Assembly: GCA_025934715.1 (NCBI GenBank)
Contig: JAICWR010000003.1
Coordinates: 1 to 44,323, forward strand
From: Candidatus Saccharimonadota bacterium
Lineage (GTDB): Bacteria; Patescibacteriota; Saccharimonadia; Saccharimonadales; UBA10212
Length of the DNA stretch: 44,323 nucleotides
Reading direction: 5' to 3'
This document shows, one piece after another, positions 24,113 through 32,554 of this stretch. The notes below the pieces were generated by a model. The model saw only the letters and a list, made by a program, of their open reading frames with translations, was not told the origin of the DNA and did no database searches. Positions within the stretch are counted from its first letter, which is position 1. Every line of letters starts with the position of its first letter. Both the position numbers and the translations under genes were made by a program.

Positions 24113-24141
24113 ATACTACCACTGTCGCAGCTGGTTTTTAA
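24113..24141 (-). promoter_or_regulatory. Putative extended -10 promoter of the kinase/DUF45 operon
   Basis: Minus strand: TTAAAA (24136-24141), a 17-nt spacer, then TGgTAGTAT (24113-24121). The ATG follows 13 nt downstream. Confidence 0.4.
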
Positions 24142-24196
24142 AGTGTTTGCGTTTAGTAATTTAAATCGTTTTATCTTAAAATAGTACTGGCCGTGA

Positions 24197-24273
24197 AGGG
24201 GTGTAGCTCAGTTGGCTAGAGCGACGGTCTCCAAAACCGTAGGCCGGGGGTTCAAATCCCTCCACCCCTGCCA
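24197..24273 (+). tRNA. tRNA-Trp (anticodon CCA)
   Basis: AGGGGTGTAGCTCAGTTGGCTAGAGCGACGGTCTCCAAAACCGTAGGCCGGGGGTTCAAATCCCTCCACCCCTGCCA. The anticodon loop is CTCCAAA and the CCA end is encoded. Confidence 0.92.
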
Positions 24274-24411
24274 AGTATCGGCCAACATCGGCCGCCCTAG
24301 AAATTTGTACAAAACCAGTGGCCCAAATTTAGCGGGCCTTTGTATTACCGCTGCCCTTCCTCGGGCTTTATCCCAAAAGCTCGCGGGCAGAAAAAAATCC
24401 ACCAATAGCGG

Positions 24412-24440
24412 TTGTGTTTATAGTGGTGGTAGTATATAAT
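24412..24440 (+). promoter_or_regulatory. Putative sigma70 promoter of the alpha-glucan operon
   Basis: TTGTGT (24412-24417), a 17-nt spacer, then TATAAT (24435-24440). A 57-nt leader with a GGGAG Shine-Dalgarno precedes the ATG at 24498. Confidence 0.5.
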
Positions 24441-24497
24441 TTACAACAGAAACCATTAGCACTTAAAAGAGAAACAAACAGGGAGCTATAAACATCC

Positions 24498-25700
24498 ATG
24501 AAAGTCCTGATGCTGGGCTGGGAGCTTCCGCCTAATAATAGCGGCGGCCTTGGTGTTGCTTGTTTGCAGCTGTCTAAAGCTTTGACGGCCGCCGGCGCGG
24601 ACATTGATTTCATCCTGCCATGCCGGCACGAACCAAACTATGACTTCATGAGGGTGGTTTCTGCCTTCGGAACCAAGTCTTTTCCTGGATGGGACGTTAA
24701 AGCTTATGAGAGTTTTCGGTATTTATCCGAAGGTGGAGATTTTATCGATTTCGATATGAACGACCAACAAGCGGTTTACGCTAAGCGAGTCGGGCAGCTG
24801 GTAGAGCATATGGAGTTTGACATCATCCACGCCCACGACTGGCTGACTTTCAGGGCGGCTTTATTGGTACGCCAGAAGCGCTCAGTGCCGTTGGTTTTGC
24901 ATGTCCATTCGATTGAGCGCGACAGGGCTGGGGGACAACCCGGTAACCCCTGGGTGAGGGAGGTCGAAGCCACGGCTATGCTCTTGGCGGACCATATCCT
25001 AGCCGTCAGCCACCGGACCAAAAGGATGATTTGCGAAGAATACGGAGTTCCGGCAGACAAAGTCGAGGTGGTCCATAACGCTGTGGACATCAACGAGCTC
25101 GCGCCAATAGAAGGCCGCAACTCATTCTCATATCTTGAGTCTCTCAAAGCCGACGGCTGGAAAGTGGTCGCCAGCGTGGGCCGCTTAACTGTACAAAAAG
25201 GGCTGCCCCATCTAGTTTCCGCGGCCGCGGAAGTTGTCAAACGGCTACCCAAGACCATATTTCTGTTCGTCGGCGATGGCGAACAAAGGGATGAGCTATT
25301 AGAACAGGCTGCTGCCTCTGGCATAGCCTCGAATGTTGTTTTTGCCGGATTTCAGCGGGGCAAGCGCTGGCGTGACGCTTATTCCATCGCCGATTTATTC
25401 GTTTTGCCCTCGGTGTCGGAACCTTTCGGCCTGACCCCATATGAAGCAGCGGCGTATAGTACGCCTTCCCTGGTTAGTAAACAGTCCGGGGTCGCCGAAG
25501 CTTTCCAAAATTGTCTGAAAGTCGACTACTGGGATACCAATGAAATGGCCAACAAAATAGTGGCGGTTCTACGGGAAGACCCTTTGCAGCATGAATTGAG
25601 CCGTAGCGCCAATCATGAGTTCCAGCGTTTAGCTTGGAGCGGCGCCGCCAGCCGGATCATACGGCGCTACAACCAGTTAGCCGAAAAGGTGTCGGCATGA
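24498..25700 (+). CDS. Glycogen-synthase-like GT-B glycosyltransferase (GT4/GT5)
   Basis: MKVLMLGWELPPNNSGGLGVACLQLSKAL resembles the glycogen/starch synthase N-terminus. The C-terminal PSVSEPFGLTPYEAAAYSTPSLVS nucleotide-sugar motif is also present. Confidence 0.8.
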   Translation: MKVLMLGWELPPNNSGGLGVACLQLSKALTAAGADIDFILPCRHEPNYDFMRVVSAFGTKSFPGWDVKAYESFRYLSEGGDFIDFDMNDQQAVYAKRVGQLVEHMEFDIIHAHDWLTFRAALLVRQKRSVPLVLHVHSIERDRAGGQPGNPWVREVEATAMLLADHILAVSHRTKRMICEEYGVPADKVEVVHNAVDINELAPIEGRNSFSYLESLKADGWKVVASVGRLTVQKGLPHLVSAAAEVVKRLPKTIFLFVGDGEQRDELLEQAAASGIASNVVFAGFQRGKRWRDAYSIADLFVLPSVSEPFGLTPYEAAAYSTPSLVSKQSGVAEAFQNCLKVDYWDTNEMANKIVAVLREDPLQHELSRSANHEFQRLAWSGAASRIIRRYNQLAEKVSA

Positions 25701-26902
25701 GTAAGTCCATAATTTTATATCTGCACGCCCACCAACCCTGGCGGCTGCGCCACTACACCATCTTTGACGCCGCCGAGCAGCATAATTACTTTGACACTGA
25801 CCCCAAAAACCAGAACTCCAACCAGCAGGTTCTGCAAAAAGTCACCGCTAAATCGTACTTGCCCACCATCAATAGACTAAAAAATCTGATTGACAAACAT
25901 TACGATTTTAAGCTGAACCTGTCAATCACCGGTTTGCTGATTGAGCAGCTGGAGCGGTGGGCGCCAGAGGCGCTCGCGGGGTTCCAGGACCTGGCCGCCA
26001 CCGGGCGGGTGGAAATCGCCGCTGAGACTTATTACCACAGCTTGGCTTTCTTTTATGACCGCCCGGAGTTTGAGCGCCAGGTCAAACAGCACACCGAAAA
26101 AATCCAACAGCTCTTTGGCCAGACGCCAACGGTTTTCCGTAACACCGAACTGGCCTACAACAACGAGTTGGCGGGGTGGGCCGAGCAAGCCGGCTACACA
26201 GGTGTTCTAGCCGAAGGCTGGGATCCGGCCCTTGGCTGGCGGAGCCCTAACTTCATGTACAGGCCCGCGGGCACGCACCACATCAAATTACTGCTCAAGA
26301 ACTATAAGCTCAGTGACGACCTGGCTTTTCGTTTTGGCGATGAGAAATGGTCGGAATGGCCACTGACCGCGGATAAGTTCTGCCATTGGTTGAACGAGAC
26401 CCACGACGCTGACATTTTCAACCTCTTCATGGATTATGAGACTTTCGGCGAGCACCAATGGGAAGATAAAGGCATTTTTGAATTCCTGGAAAGCCTGCCC
26501 GAGCAGTGGCTGGCTCACCCGGGCAATAACTTTTTGACATTCTCAGAAGCCATCGACAGGTACGAGCCAAAAGATGAGGTCGATATGCCCAACACCACAA
26601 CTTGGGCTGACACTGACCGCGATTTGACCGCCTGGACGGGAAACCAGATGCAGCAATCAGCCATCGCGGCGCTTTATGAGCTAGCGGATGACGTGATGTC
26701 CAGCAATGACCTGAAGCTGATAGATGACTGGCGCCGCCTGCAAACCAGCGACCATTTCTATTACATGTGCACCAAGTGGTTCAACGACGGTGATGTCCAC
26801 GCCTATTTCAGCCCGTACGATTCTCCATACGAAGCTTTCATCAACTTCATGAACGTCTACCACGACCTTAAATGGCGCTCCATGAAAGCGGAGTTCGCCT
26901 AA
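25697..26902 (+). CDS. Glycoside hydrolase family 57 protein (alpha-amylase / branching-enzyme type)
   Basis: The start is set at MSKSIILYLHAHQPWR, in an ATGA overlap with the upstream stop. The HQP motif, the ETYYHS segment and MDYETFGEH are typical of GH57. Confidence 0.85.
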   Translation: MSKSIILYLHAHQPWRLRHYTIFDAAEQHNYFDTDPKNQNSNQQVLQKVTAKSYLPTINRLKNLIDKHYDFKLNLSITGLLIEQLERWAPEALAGFQDLAATGRVEIAAETYYHSLAFFYDRPEFERQVKQHTEKIQQLFGQTPTVFRNTELAYNNELAGWAEQAGYTGVLAEGWDPALGWRSPNFMYRPAGTHHIKLLLKNYKLSDDLAFRFGDEKWSEWPLTADKFCHWLNETHDADIFNLFMDYETFGEHQWEDKGIFEFLESLPEQWLAHPGNNFLTFSEAIDRYEPKDEVDMPNTTTWADTDRDLTAWTGNQMQQSAIAALYELADDVMSSNDLKLIDDWRRLQTSDHFYYMCTKWFNDGDVHAYFSPYDSPYEAFINFMNVYHDLKWRSMKAEFA

Positions 26903-26924
26903 GTGGAGAAAAGGGGGTGGGAAG

Positions 26925-28862
26925 ATGGCTAGGCCGGTGATGCTGAGTAACGGCAGCATGATGGTCGGACTGAACGAGTTCGGCCTGGTCCACGACTTTT
27001 ACTTCCCCTTCGTAGGACAGGAGAACTTGACGAACGCCAGAAGCCTCCAGCACCTGGTTGGGGTGTGGACAGACGATAAGTTCGCTTGGCTCGATAATGG
27101 TGAATGGCAGATTAGCGTCGACTTTGAGACTGACTCGCTGGTTTCCATAATCACGGCCGAGCATCCCGGGCTCCACTTGCGCCTTGAGTTCACAGACTTT
27201 GTTGATAGCGAATACACGGCTTTCTGCCGGCAGATTAAAATCACGAATCTGGCTGAGCAGCAGCGGGAAGTGCGCATATTCATGCACCAGGTCTTCACTA
27301 TCTCGCGGCGCGGCCGCACCGATACGGCTCTTTTTGTACCGGGAAAGAACTATCTATACGACTATAAGGGCCGCTGCGCGCTATTGATCAGCGCCTGCGA
27401 TGGCCAGAATAAGCCTTTTGACCAGTTCGCTATTGGCAATTACGGGATTGAGGGCAAAGAAGGCACCTATAAAGACGCCGAGGACGGCCAGCTTGAAGGC
27501 AACCTGGTTGAGCACGGCAGCGTGGATTCGGTAATCCGGAATGTTCTGAACCTGGAGCCAGGAGCGTCCGGCCAGCTTGATTACATCGTAGTCGCCTCTT
27601 TTTCCCAGCTTGACGCCGAGTCCATCCATGACACCATATTTGAACACGGGCTTCACGCTAGGCTGGATTCCACTCGGGACTATTGGCGCGAATGGCTGAA
27701 AGTCGGCGAGTCCGCCACTGATAAGATCGACGAGAAACACCGGCCCGTTTTTAAAAAATCAATGATGCTGATAAAGGCCCATATCGATAAACGCGGCGGC
27801 ATCATCGCCAGCGGTGACTCTTCGATTTATAATTACGGCCGGGATTATTACAGCTATGTTTGGCCTCGCGACGGCGCCCTCACAATGATGACTCTTATTA
27901 GATTAGGTTATAGCCATGAACCAAGGCGTTTTTTTGAGTTTTGCATAGACACTGTCAATCCGGCCGGCTATATGATGCACAAGTACCAGGTTGACCGCTC
28001 CATCGGCAGCACATGGCACCCACTGATGCACCGCCACCACCCCGAGCTGGCTATACAGGAAGATGAAACGGCCTTAGTCATTTGCGCGCTGTATGAATAC
28101 CTCCAGAAGTTTCCAGATGATAAATTCCGGCAGTTCGCTTACGACAGCCTGGTGCGCCCAGCCGCCAACTTCATGTCCCGGTTCATAGACGAACAGACAA
28201 ACCTGCCCCACGCCAGTTATGATCTTTGGGAAGAGCGGTTCGGCACTCATACGTTCACAGTTGTGGTGACAAAATCCGCCTTGTCCCGCGCTGCTGAGAT
28301 TGCCAGGCAGCTGGGTAATTCCGAGAGCGCCGAGACCTGGCAGGCCGCAGCTGACAGGATAAGTGGCGCTATCCATCAGCTTTATAACCAAGAACTCGGC
28401 CGTTATCGGAAGGGGCAATACCTCAACCTCGAAAGCCAACTGGAATACGACGACACCGCCGACACCTCGACTTTGCTTGGTTTTATGGAGTTCGATCCAC
28501 AAAGTCTGTCGGCCACTGAAGTGCTAAAGACGGCCGAGACGGTTGAGTCCGTACTTTATAACAGCAGCCCCTCTGGCGGTGTGGTCCGCTATGAGCATGA
28601 CAATTACTTCCTATCCCGCCAGGAATATCTGGGAAACCCCTGGATTATCTGTACTTTATGGCTGGCGCAATTCTATCTGAAAGCCGGCCAAAAAGACAAA
28701 GCCGGAGGGCTTATTGACTGGTGCCTTTCAACGGCGCTGCCTAGCAGCGTGCTGGCCGAACAAGTCGACCCGGTCGACAAAAACCAGGTGGGGGTTTCGC
28801 CCTTGGTTTGGAGCCACGCCGAGCTGGTTAATACGCTGCTGGAATTTTACTCGGCTGGCTAG
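26925..28862 (+). CDS. Glycoside hydrolase family 15 protein (glucoamylase/glucodextranase-like)
   Basis: 645 aa. An N-terminal beta-sandwich region is followed by an (alpha/alpha)6 catalytic region with YSYVWPRDGA, LWEERFG and ICTLWLAQ motifs. Confidence 0.85.
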   Translation: MARPVMLSNGSMMVGLNEFGLVHDFYFPFVGQENLTNARSLQHLVGVWTDDKFAWLDNGEWQISVDFETDSLVSIITAEHPGLHLRLEFTDFVDSEYTAFCRQIKITNLAEQQREVRIFMHQVFTISRRGRTDTALFVPGKNYLYDYKGRCALLISACDGQNKPFDQFAIGNYGIEGKEGTYKDAEDGQLEGNLVEHGSVDSVIRNVLNLEPGASGQLDYIVVASFSQLDAESIHDTIFEHGLHARLDSTRDYWREWLKVGESATDKIDEKHRPVFKKSMMLIKAHIDKRGGIIASGDSSIYNYGRDYYSYVWPRDGALTMMTLIRLGYSHEPRRFFEFCIDTVNPAGYMMHKYQVDRSIGSTWHPLMHRHHPELAIQEDETALVICALYEYLQKFPDDKFRQFAYDSLVRPAANFMSRFIDEQTNLPHASYDLWEERFGTHTFTVVVTKSALSRAAEIARQLGNSESAETWQAAADRISGAIHQLYNQELGRYRKGQYLNLESQLEYDDTADTSTLLGFMEFDPQSLSATEVLKTAETVESVLYNSSPSGGVVRYEHDNYFLSRQEYLGNPWIICTLWLAQFYLKAGQKDKAGGLIDWCLSTALPSSVLAEQVDPVDKNQVGVSPLVWSHAELVNTLLEFYSAG

Positions 28863-29062
28863 CGGCGGGGTTTGACTTCATTTCGTCCGAGACTTTTCTT
28901 AGTCTCCACCTGCTTTGATTGCAACCGCTTCACAGGGCAATACTTGATAAGCTCCACCTTTTCAGGCGTGTTCACGGTGTTTTTGGTCGTGTAATAATGG
29001 CGCTGCTTGCAGGCATCGCAGGTCAGACCGATGATTTTCCGCTTGTCGCCTTTTTTAGCCAT
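28859..29062 (-). CDS. rpmG: 50S ribosomal protein L33 (with a short C-terminal extension)
   Basis: The start is set at MAKKGDKRKIIGLTCDACKQRHYYTTKNTVNTPEKVELIKYCP, the L33 signature. The ORF-track start 18 nt upstream was trimmed. Confidence 0.85.
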   Translation of the reverse strand: MAKKGDKRKIIGLTCDACKQRHYYTTKNTVNTPEKVELIKYCPVKRLQSKQVETKKSLGRNEVKPRR

Positions 29063-29082
29063 AAAAAATAACCTTCCCAAAG

Positions 29083-29111
29083 ATTCTAACAGATGAGCTT
29101 TATCTGTTCAA
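29083..29111 (-). promoter_or_regulatory. Putative sigma70 promoter of rpmG
   Basis: Minus strand: TTGAAC (29106-29111), a 17-nt spacer, then TAGAAT (29083-29088). The ATG is 20 nt downstream. Confidence 0.5.
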
Positions 29112-29125
29112 GAGGAAGGCCTTAT

Positions 29126-29164
29126 AAAAAGAAGAGAGCCTGCGTCTCCACATCCCGCGGGCTC
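29126..29164 (-). terminator. Rho-independent terminator-like hairpin downstream of tRNA-Thr
   Basis: Minus strand: GAGCCCGCG-ggatgtggaga-CGCAGGCTC (one mismatch) followed by TCTTCTTTTT. Confidence 0.55.
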
Positions 29165-29291
29165 CATTCTTACGTATGCTTGTGCCTAAAATTGGTCCGG
29201 GCTAATCAAGCATGAGTACATTTAATACTAATACTAGTAAGCCTGCTGTACTCTATGTCACGCTTTTTTTGTATTTTTTCTCACAAAAAAA

Positions 29292-29366
29292 TGGAGCCGT
29301 CGACGAGACTTGAACTCGTGACCCCCTCCTTACCATGGAGGTGCTCTACCACTGAGCTACGACGGC
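29292..29366 (-). tRNA. tRNA-Thr (anticodon GGU)
   Basis: The reverse complement is GCCGTCGTAGCTCAGTGGTAGAGCACCTCCATGGTAAGGAGGGGGTCACGAGTTCAAGTCTCGTCGACGGCTCCA. The anticodon loop is ATGGTAA. Confidence 0.92.
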
Positions 29367-29404
29367 GATCACAGACGTATTTTACAGGATATAATTTGGC
29401 TGTC

Positions 29405-30424
29405 CTAGATGGCGTTTCTGACTTTATTGATTGCTTCTTCCGCAGACATCGCCTCAAACTTGGCGCCAGCTGATGGTTTATGCCCGCCGCCCCCGACTTT
29501 ACGCGCAATTTCGGCAACGTCTTTTACATCTCCAAGCGCCCTGAACGACGCCGAGTATCTGCCCTCGCCAGCGGATAAATCGGGATAGACTATAAAACCC
29601 CACTTATTATTGCCGATATTCCTGATAAAACCGCTTACGAAAAGTTCACAGCCTTGCTTGAAGTCATCCGCAGTTTTGCCGGCCTCCAGCCACCGGCGGG
29701 TAAATACGTCTCCCACATAACTATAGGTATAGCCTGTTTCGATCCGAAGGTTTTTAGCCAGCTCACCAAGCACCGTTATCTCGTCGGCCGTGTACCTCCT
29801 GGCGCGGTTTTCCAGGTGCTCTATACTAACGCCGCTATCTATCAAGTTGCTGACAATCCTGAAAGTTTCACGATGCCTGGGGTTGTCATAAAGGAAGCGG
29901 GCTGAGTCACTGAGGATGCCTGTCATGGCCGTCTCTCCCGAACCATCGGGCTGCTCATATCCCAAATTCTCAAACAGCACTTCGTAGACATCCTGCGCGG
30001 CGGCCGGACTTTTTTGGTTTATGTAAACTTCGTTGTCAGCAACATCTACCGGCTCGTGATGGTCAATTATCGCTAGCTTGGATCTGGATTCTTTAACTTT
30101 CTCGGCTACTTTGGCCGCGTCGCCGCGCGTGCAGCGGCTGTAGTTCATAGCATCCACCATGATAATCAGCTCCGGTTTAAGCTGGGCTATCGCGGTGTCG
30201 AGCGGCTGTAGTTGGATTAACTCATAGCCCTTTAGAAAACCGAGGCCTTCGGTGAGTTCTTCTGAATTCATCGCTATATGTTTTTCAGGATAGTTAAGCG
30301 CCAGCGTCGTACCGCAAAGCAGCATAGAGCATATGGCGTCCGGGTCCGGAGAAATATGCGAGATTACCAGTATCCGCTCACTCGCCTCAATCAAGCCCCT
30401 TAGCTTTTTTGCCGCTTCATTCAT
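29405..30424 (-). CDS. DHH/DHHA1 phosphoesterase (second NrnA-like paralog)
   Basis: HISPDPDAICS, AIIDHH and GGGGHKPSAGAKF motifs are present. Confidence 0.85.
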   Translation of the reverse strand: MNEAAKKLRGLIEASERILVISHISPDPDAICSMLLCGTTLALNYPEKHIAMNSEELTEGLGFLKGYELIQLQPLDTAIAQLKPELIIMVDAMNYSRCTRGDAAKVAEKVKESRSKLAIIDHHEPVDVADNEVYINQKSPAAAQDVYEVLFENLGYEQPDGSGETAMTGILSDSARFLYDNPRHRETFRIVSNLIDSGVSIEHLENRARRYTADEITVLGELAKNLRIETGYTYSYVGDVFTRRWLEAGKTADDFKQGCELFVSGFIRNIGNNKWGFIVYPDLSAGEGRYSASFRALGDVKDVAEIARKVGGGGHKPSAGAKFEAMSAEEAINKVRNAI

Positions 30425-30440
30425 AAAAAACCAGTATCAA

Positions 30441-30746
30441 CTACTTAGCCTGCTTATTAAGCACCCTTTGTACCGAAGGGCTTATCGCCTTGTCGGTCCG
30501 GTGGATACAGCCTATCCAGCAACAAGGCCGGCACATACCCTCTATCAGCTCCTTCACCACGCGCCTGATGTGGTCATCCCTTGTTTTCTCTTGCTTGACG
30601 TTTATGGTCCAGCAGATCCATTCATTGCGCGCCAGAGGTGTTAGGCTCTCCCACTTATCCAGGGCTGCCTTATTAGACGATAGGGCTTTATGCAAATCAG
30701 CCGGCAATTCGTGGACTGTGCCGCCAGGTATCACTCTTTTGGACAT
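30441..30746 (-). CDS. YdeI/OmpD-associated (OmdA) family protein
   Basis: 101 aa. LTPLARNEWICWTINVKQEKTRDDHIRRVVKELIEGMCRPCCWIGCIHR matches the OmdA-type C-terminal domain. Confidence 0.7.
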   Translation of the reverse strand: MSKRVIPGGTVHELPADLHKALSSNKAALDKWESLTPLARNEWICWTINVKQEKTRDDHIRRVVKELIEGMCRPCCWIGCIHRTDKAISPSVQRVLNKQAK

Positions 30747-30785
30747 GAGTTCATTATACCTGTTTGAGACTAGTTAACCGATGCG

Positions 30786-30871
30786 TGGTGCTGGGGGAGG
30801 GATTCGAACCCCCGTAGGCAAATGCCAGATGATTTACAGTCACCCCTCGTTGACCGCTTGAGTACCCCAGC
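30786..30871 (-). tRNA. tRNA-Tyr (anticodon GUA), long variable arm
   Basis: The reverse complement is GCTGGGGTACTCAAGCGGTCAACGAGGGGTGACTGTAAATCATCTGGCATTTGCCTACGGGGGTTCGAATCCCTCCCCCAGCACCA. The anticodon loop is CTGTAAA. Confidence 0.9.
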
Positions 30872-30878
30872 AGGTACG

Positions 30879-30955
30879 TGGAGCCACCTATCGGACTCGA
30901 ACCGATGACCCACGGTTTACAAAACCGTTGCTCTAGCCAGCTGAGCTAAGGTGGC
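30879..30955 (-). tRNA. tRNA-Thr (anticodon UGU)
   Basis: The reverse complement is GCCACCTTAGCTCAGCTGGCTAGAGCAACGGTTTTGTAAACCGTGGGTCATCGGTTCGAGTCCGATAGGTGGCTCCA. The anticodon loop is TTTGTAA. Confidence 0.92.
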
Positions 30956-30985
30956 GTAACAGAGGTAATTCTAGCAAAATCGATA

Positions 30986-31651
30986 CTATATTACAACGCG
31001 CTTGGGGCGGAGGATGCGCTTGGGCTTGCCGGCCGGCAAGGCGGCTTTATCCAGCCTTTTTTGAATTTTATTGGCCTCGGTGTTCATGCCCTGTTGCTCA
31101 TAGGCTTTGGCCAACAGAGTGAATGATTCGCGGTTAGGCTCCAATTCGGCGGCGGTTTCCAGTTCTTGAAGCGTCAGTTTGTCATTGCCTAGTTTCTCCT
31201 GCACTTTGGCATAAGCGATGTGGCGGGCCGCCAGATTATCTTCAATCTTTAATGATTCCTCGAATGCGGTGGCGGCTTTTTCGTAGTTTTCGGTCTCGTA
31301 ATAAATCAAGCCTAGATTATGGAAGCTAGAGGCGCTGGGCTCTATGCTGCTGGCGATTTCAAAGCAGTCAATGGCGTCTTTGTATTCATGCTGCTTGGCA
31401 TATAAAATCCCGAGTCGATTGTAGGCGGCTGCGTTTTTTTCATCGATTTTAAGTATGGTCAGCAAAGCCTTCTCGGCTCTGAGGAAACGGTTCTCGCGCA
31501 TACCATGATGGGCGATTTCCCACAGGCGTGTCAGGCGGTCTCCAATGCGGCGTGGCACGATGGCCATTTCCAGTTCGCTGATTTTACCGTGCCGATACAC
31601 GATGTAAGCGAAAATTATAAGCAGCGCAATGGCGTACATTTCATAGGACAT
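30986..31651 (-). CDS. Membrane-anchored tetratricopeptide-repeat (TPR) protein
   Basis: An N-terminal hydrophobic helix (YAIALLIIFAYIVY) is followed by repeated TPR-like units (AAYNRLGILYAKQHEYKDAIDCFEIA; SFHNLGLIYYETENYEKAATAFEESL). Confidence 0.8.
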   Translation of the reverse strand: MSYEMYAIALLIIFAYIVYRHGKISELEMAIVPRRIGDRLTRLWEIAHHGMRENRFLRAEKALLTILKIDEKNAAAYNRLGILYAKQHEYKDAIDCFEIASSIEPSASSFHNLGLIYYETENYEKAATAFEESLKIEDNLAARHIAYAKVQEKLGNDKLTLQELETAAELEPNRESFTLLAKAYEQQGMNTEANKIQKRLDKAALPAGKPKRILRPKRVVI

Positions 31652-31666
31652 TATACCAGTAACGGC

Positions 31667-32554
31667 TTAAACCGGCAGGCTAAGGGCCAAGTGGAGACAT
31701 ACGAGCCTTGGCGAAGCATTATGGTTTAGCGAGTCGGCCGCGGTGCTCGCCAGACGCCTTGCCGCCGATATTTTCTTTTGCTGGCTGGAACTACCTGTTT
31801 TCACAGATGCGGCGTGGAGGGCAGCCAAAACAATCCCCAAAGCCCTTAAAAACTCTTTCAGCTCCGCTTTATTGGAACTTAGGCTATCAAGATATAAAGC
31901 CCGCTGATATTTGTCCATTCTTAGAAATTTTTTAGCCTCCTGCACGGCCTGCTTGAGCGGGTGCTCCGCCTCGTCCTTTAAAAGGGCGCTAAGTAAACCG
32001 GCGGCCCCCTGGCTGAGCTGCCAGGCGCTATCGATGTCCTTAGCGGAATATGATTCTTTGAAGTGTTCTAAAGCTAGAGCCGCGCCCACCGGCGCGACAG
32101 CCAGCTTCTGCACGCGAGAAACGATGGTCGGCAACAGCGCCGCTTCCCTTTCCACTGTCAGCATGAACACCGTGTCATCTGCCGGCTCTTCCAGCGACTT
32201 CAGTAGCGCGTTTTGGGCTTCTTCGCTGAGGTTATCGGCATTCTCTATCAAAATCACCCTTTTAGCTCGCTTTTGTCCGGTAATGACTGGCTTGAGCCGC
32301 ATGTCTTTTATAACTTGCCTGACGGACTCGATGGAAATTTCTCTTTTATCCCGGGGTGTTTGCAAATGATTGAAATAGGGGTAGTCTGGCAGTTTTTCCA
32401 CTTTTATGTCCAAAACTTCCGCGGCCAGTTGCCTGGCGAGCGACAGTTTTCCGCTGCCGGATGGGCCGGCTATCAAAATGGCCGGCGCCGGCTCCAGCGC
32501 GAATTTTTCAATTCGGGCCTTTGTTCGGGGGTGTAGCAGCAGGCTACCGGGCAT
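31667..32554 (-). CDS. holB: DNA polymerase III subunit delta' (HolB)
   Basis: The start is set at MPGSLLLHP. AILIAGPSGSGKLSLA and VILIENADNLSEEAQNALLKSLEEP are the clamp-loader delta' signatures. The ORF-track N-terminus overlaps rluD and was trimmed. Confidence 0.8.
   Translation of the reverse strand: MPGSLLLHPRTKARIEKFALEPAPAILIAGPSGSGKLSLARQLAAEVLDIKVEKLPDYPYFNHLQTPRDKREISIESVRQVIKDMRLKPVITGQKRAKRVILIENADNLSEEAQNALLKSLEEPADDTVFMLTVEREAALLPTIVSRVQKLAVAPVGAALALEHFKESYSAKDIDSAWQLSQGAAGLLSALLKDEAEHPLKQAVQEAKKFLRMDKYQRALYLDSLSSNKAELKEFLRALGIVLAALHAASVKTGSSSQQKKISAARRLASTAADSLNHNASPRLVCLHLALSLPV

Noticed and set aside
24142-24196. A promoter for tRNA-Trp (TAAAAT at 24177-24182).
   Set aside because: The -10-like hexamer has only a poor -35 (TAGTAA or TTAGTA at 17-18 nt spacing). 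It is too weak to call from sequence alone.
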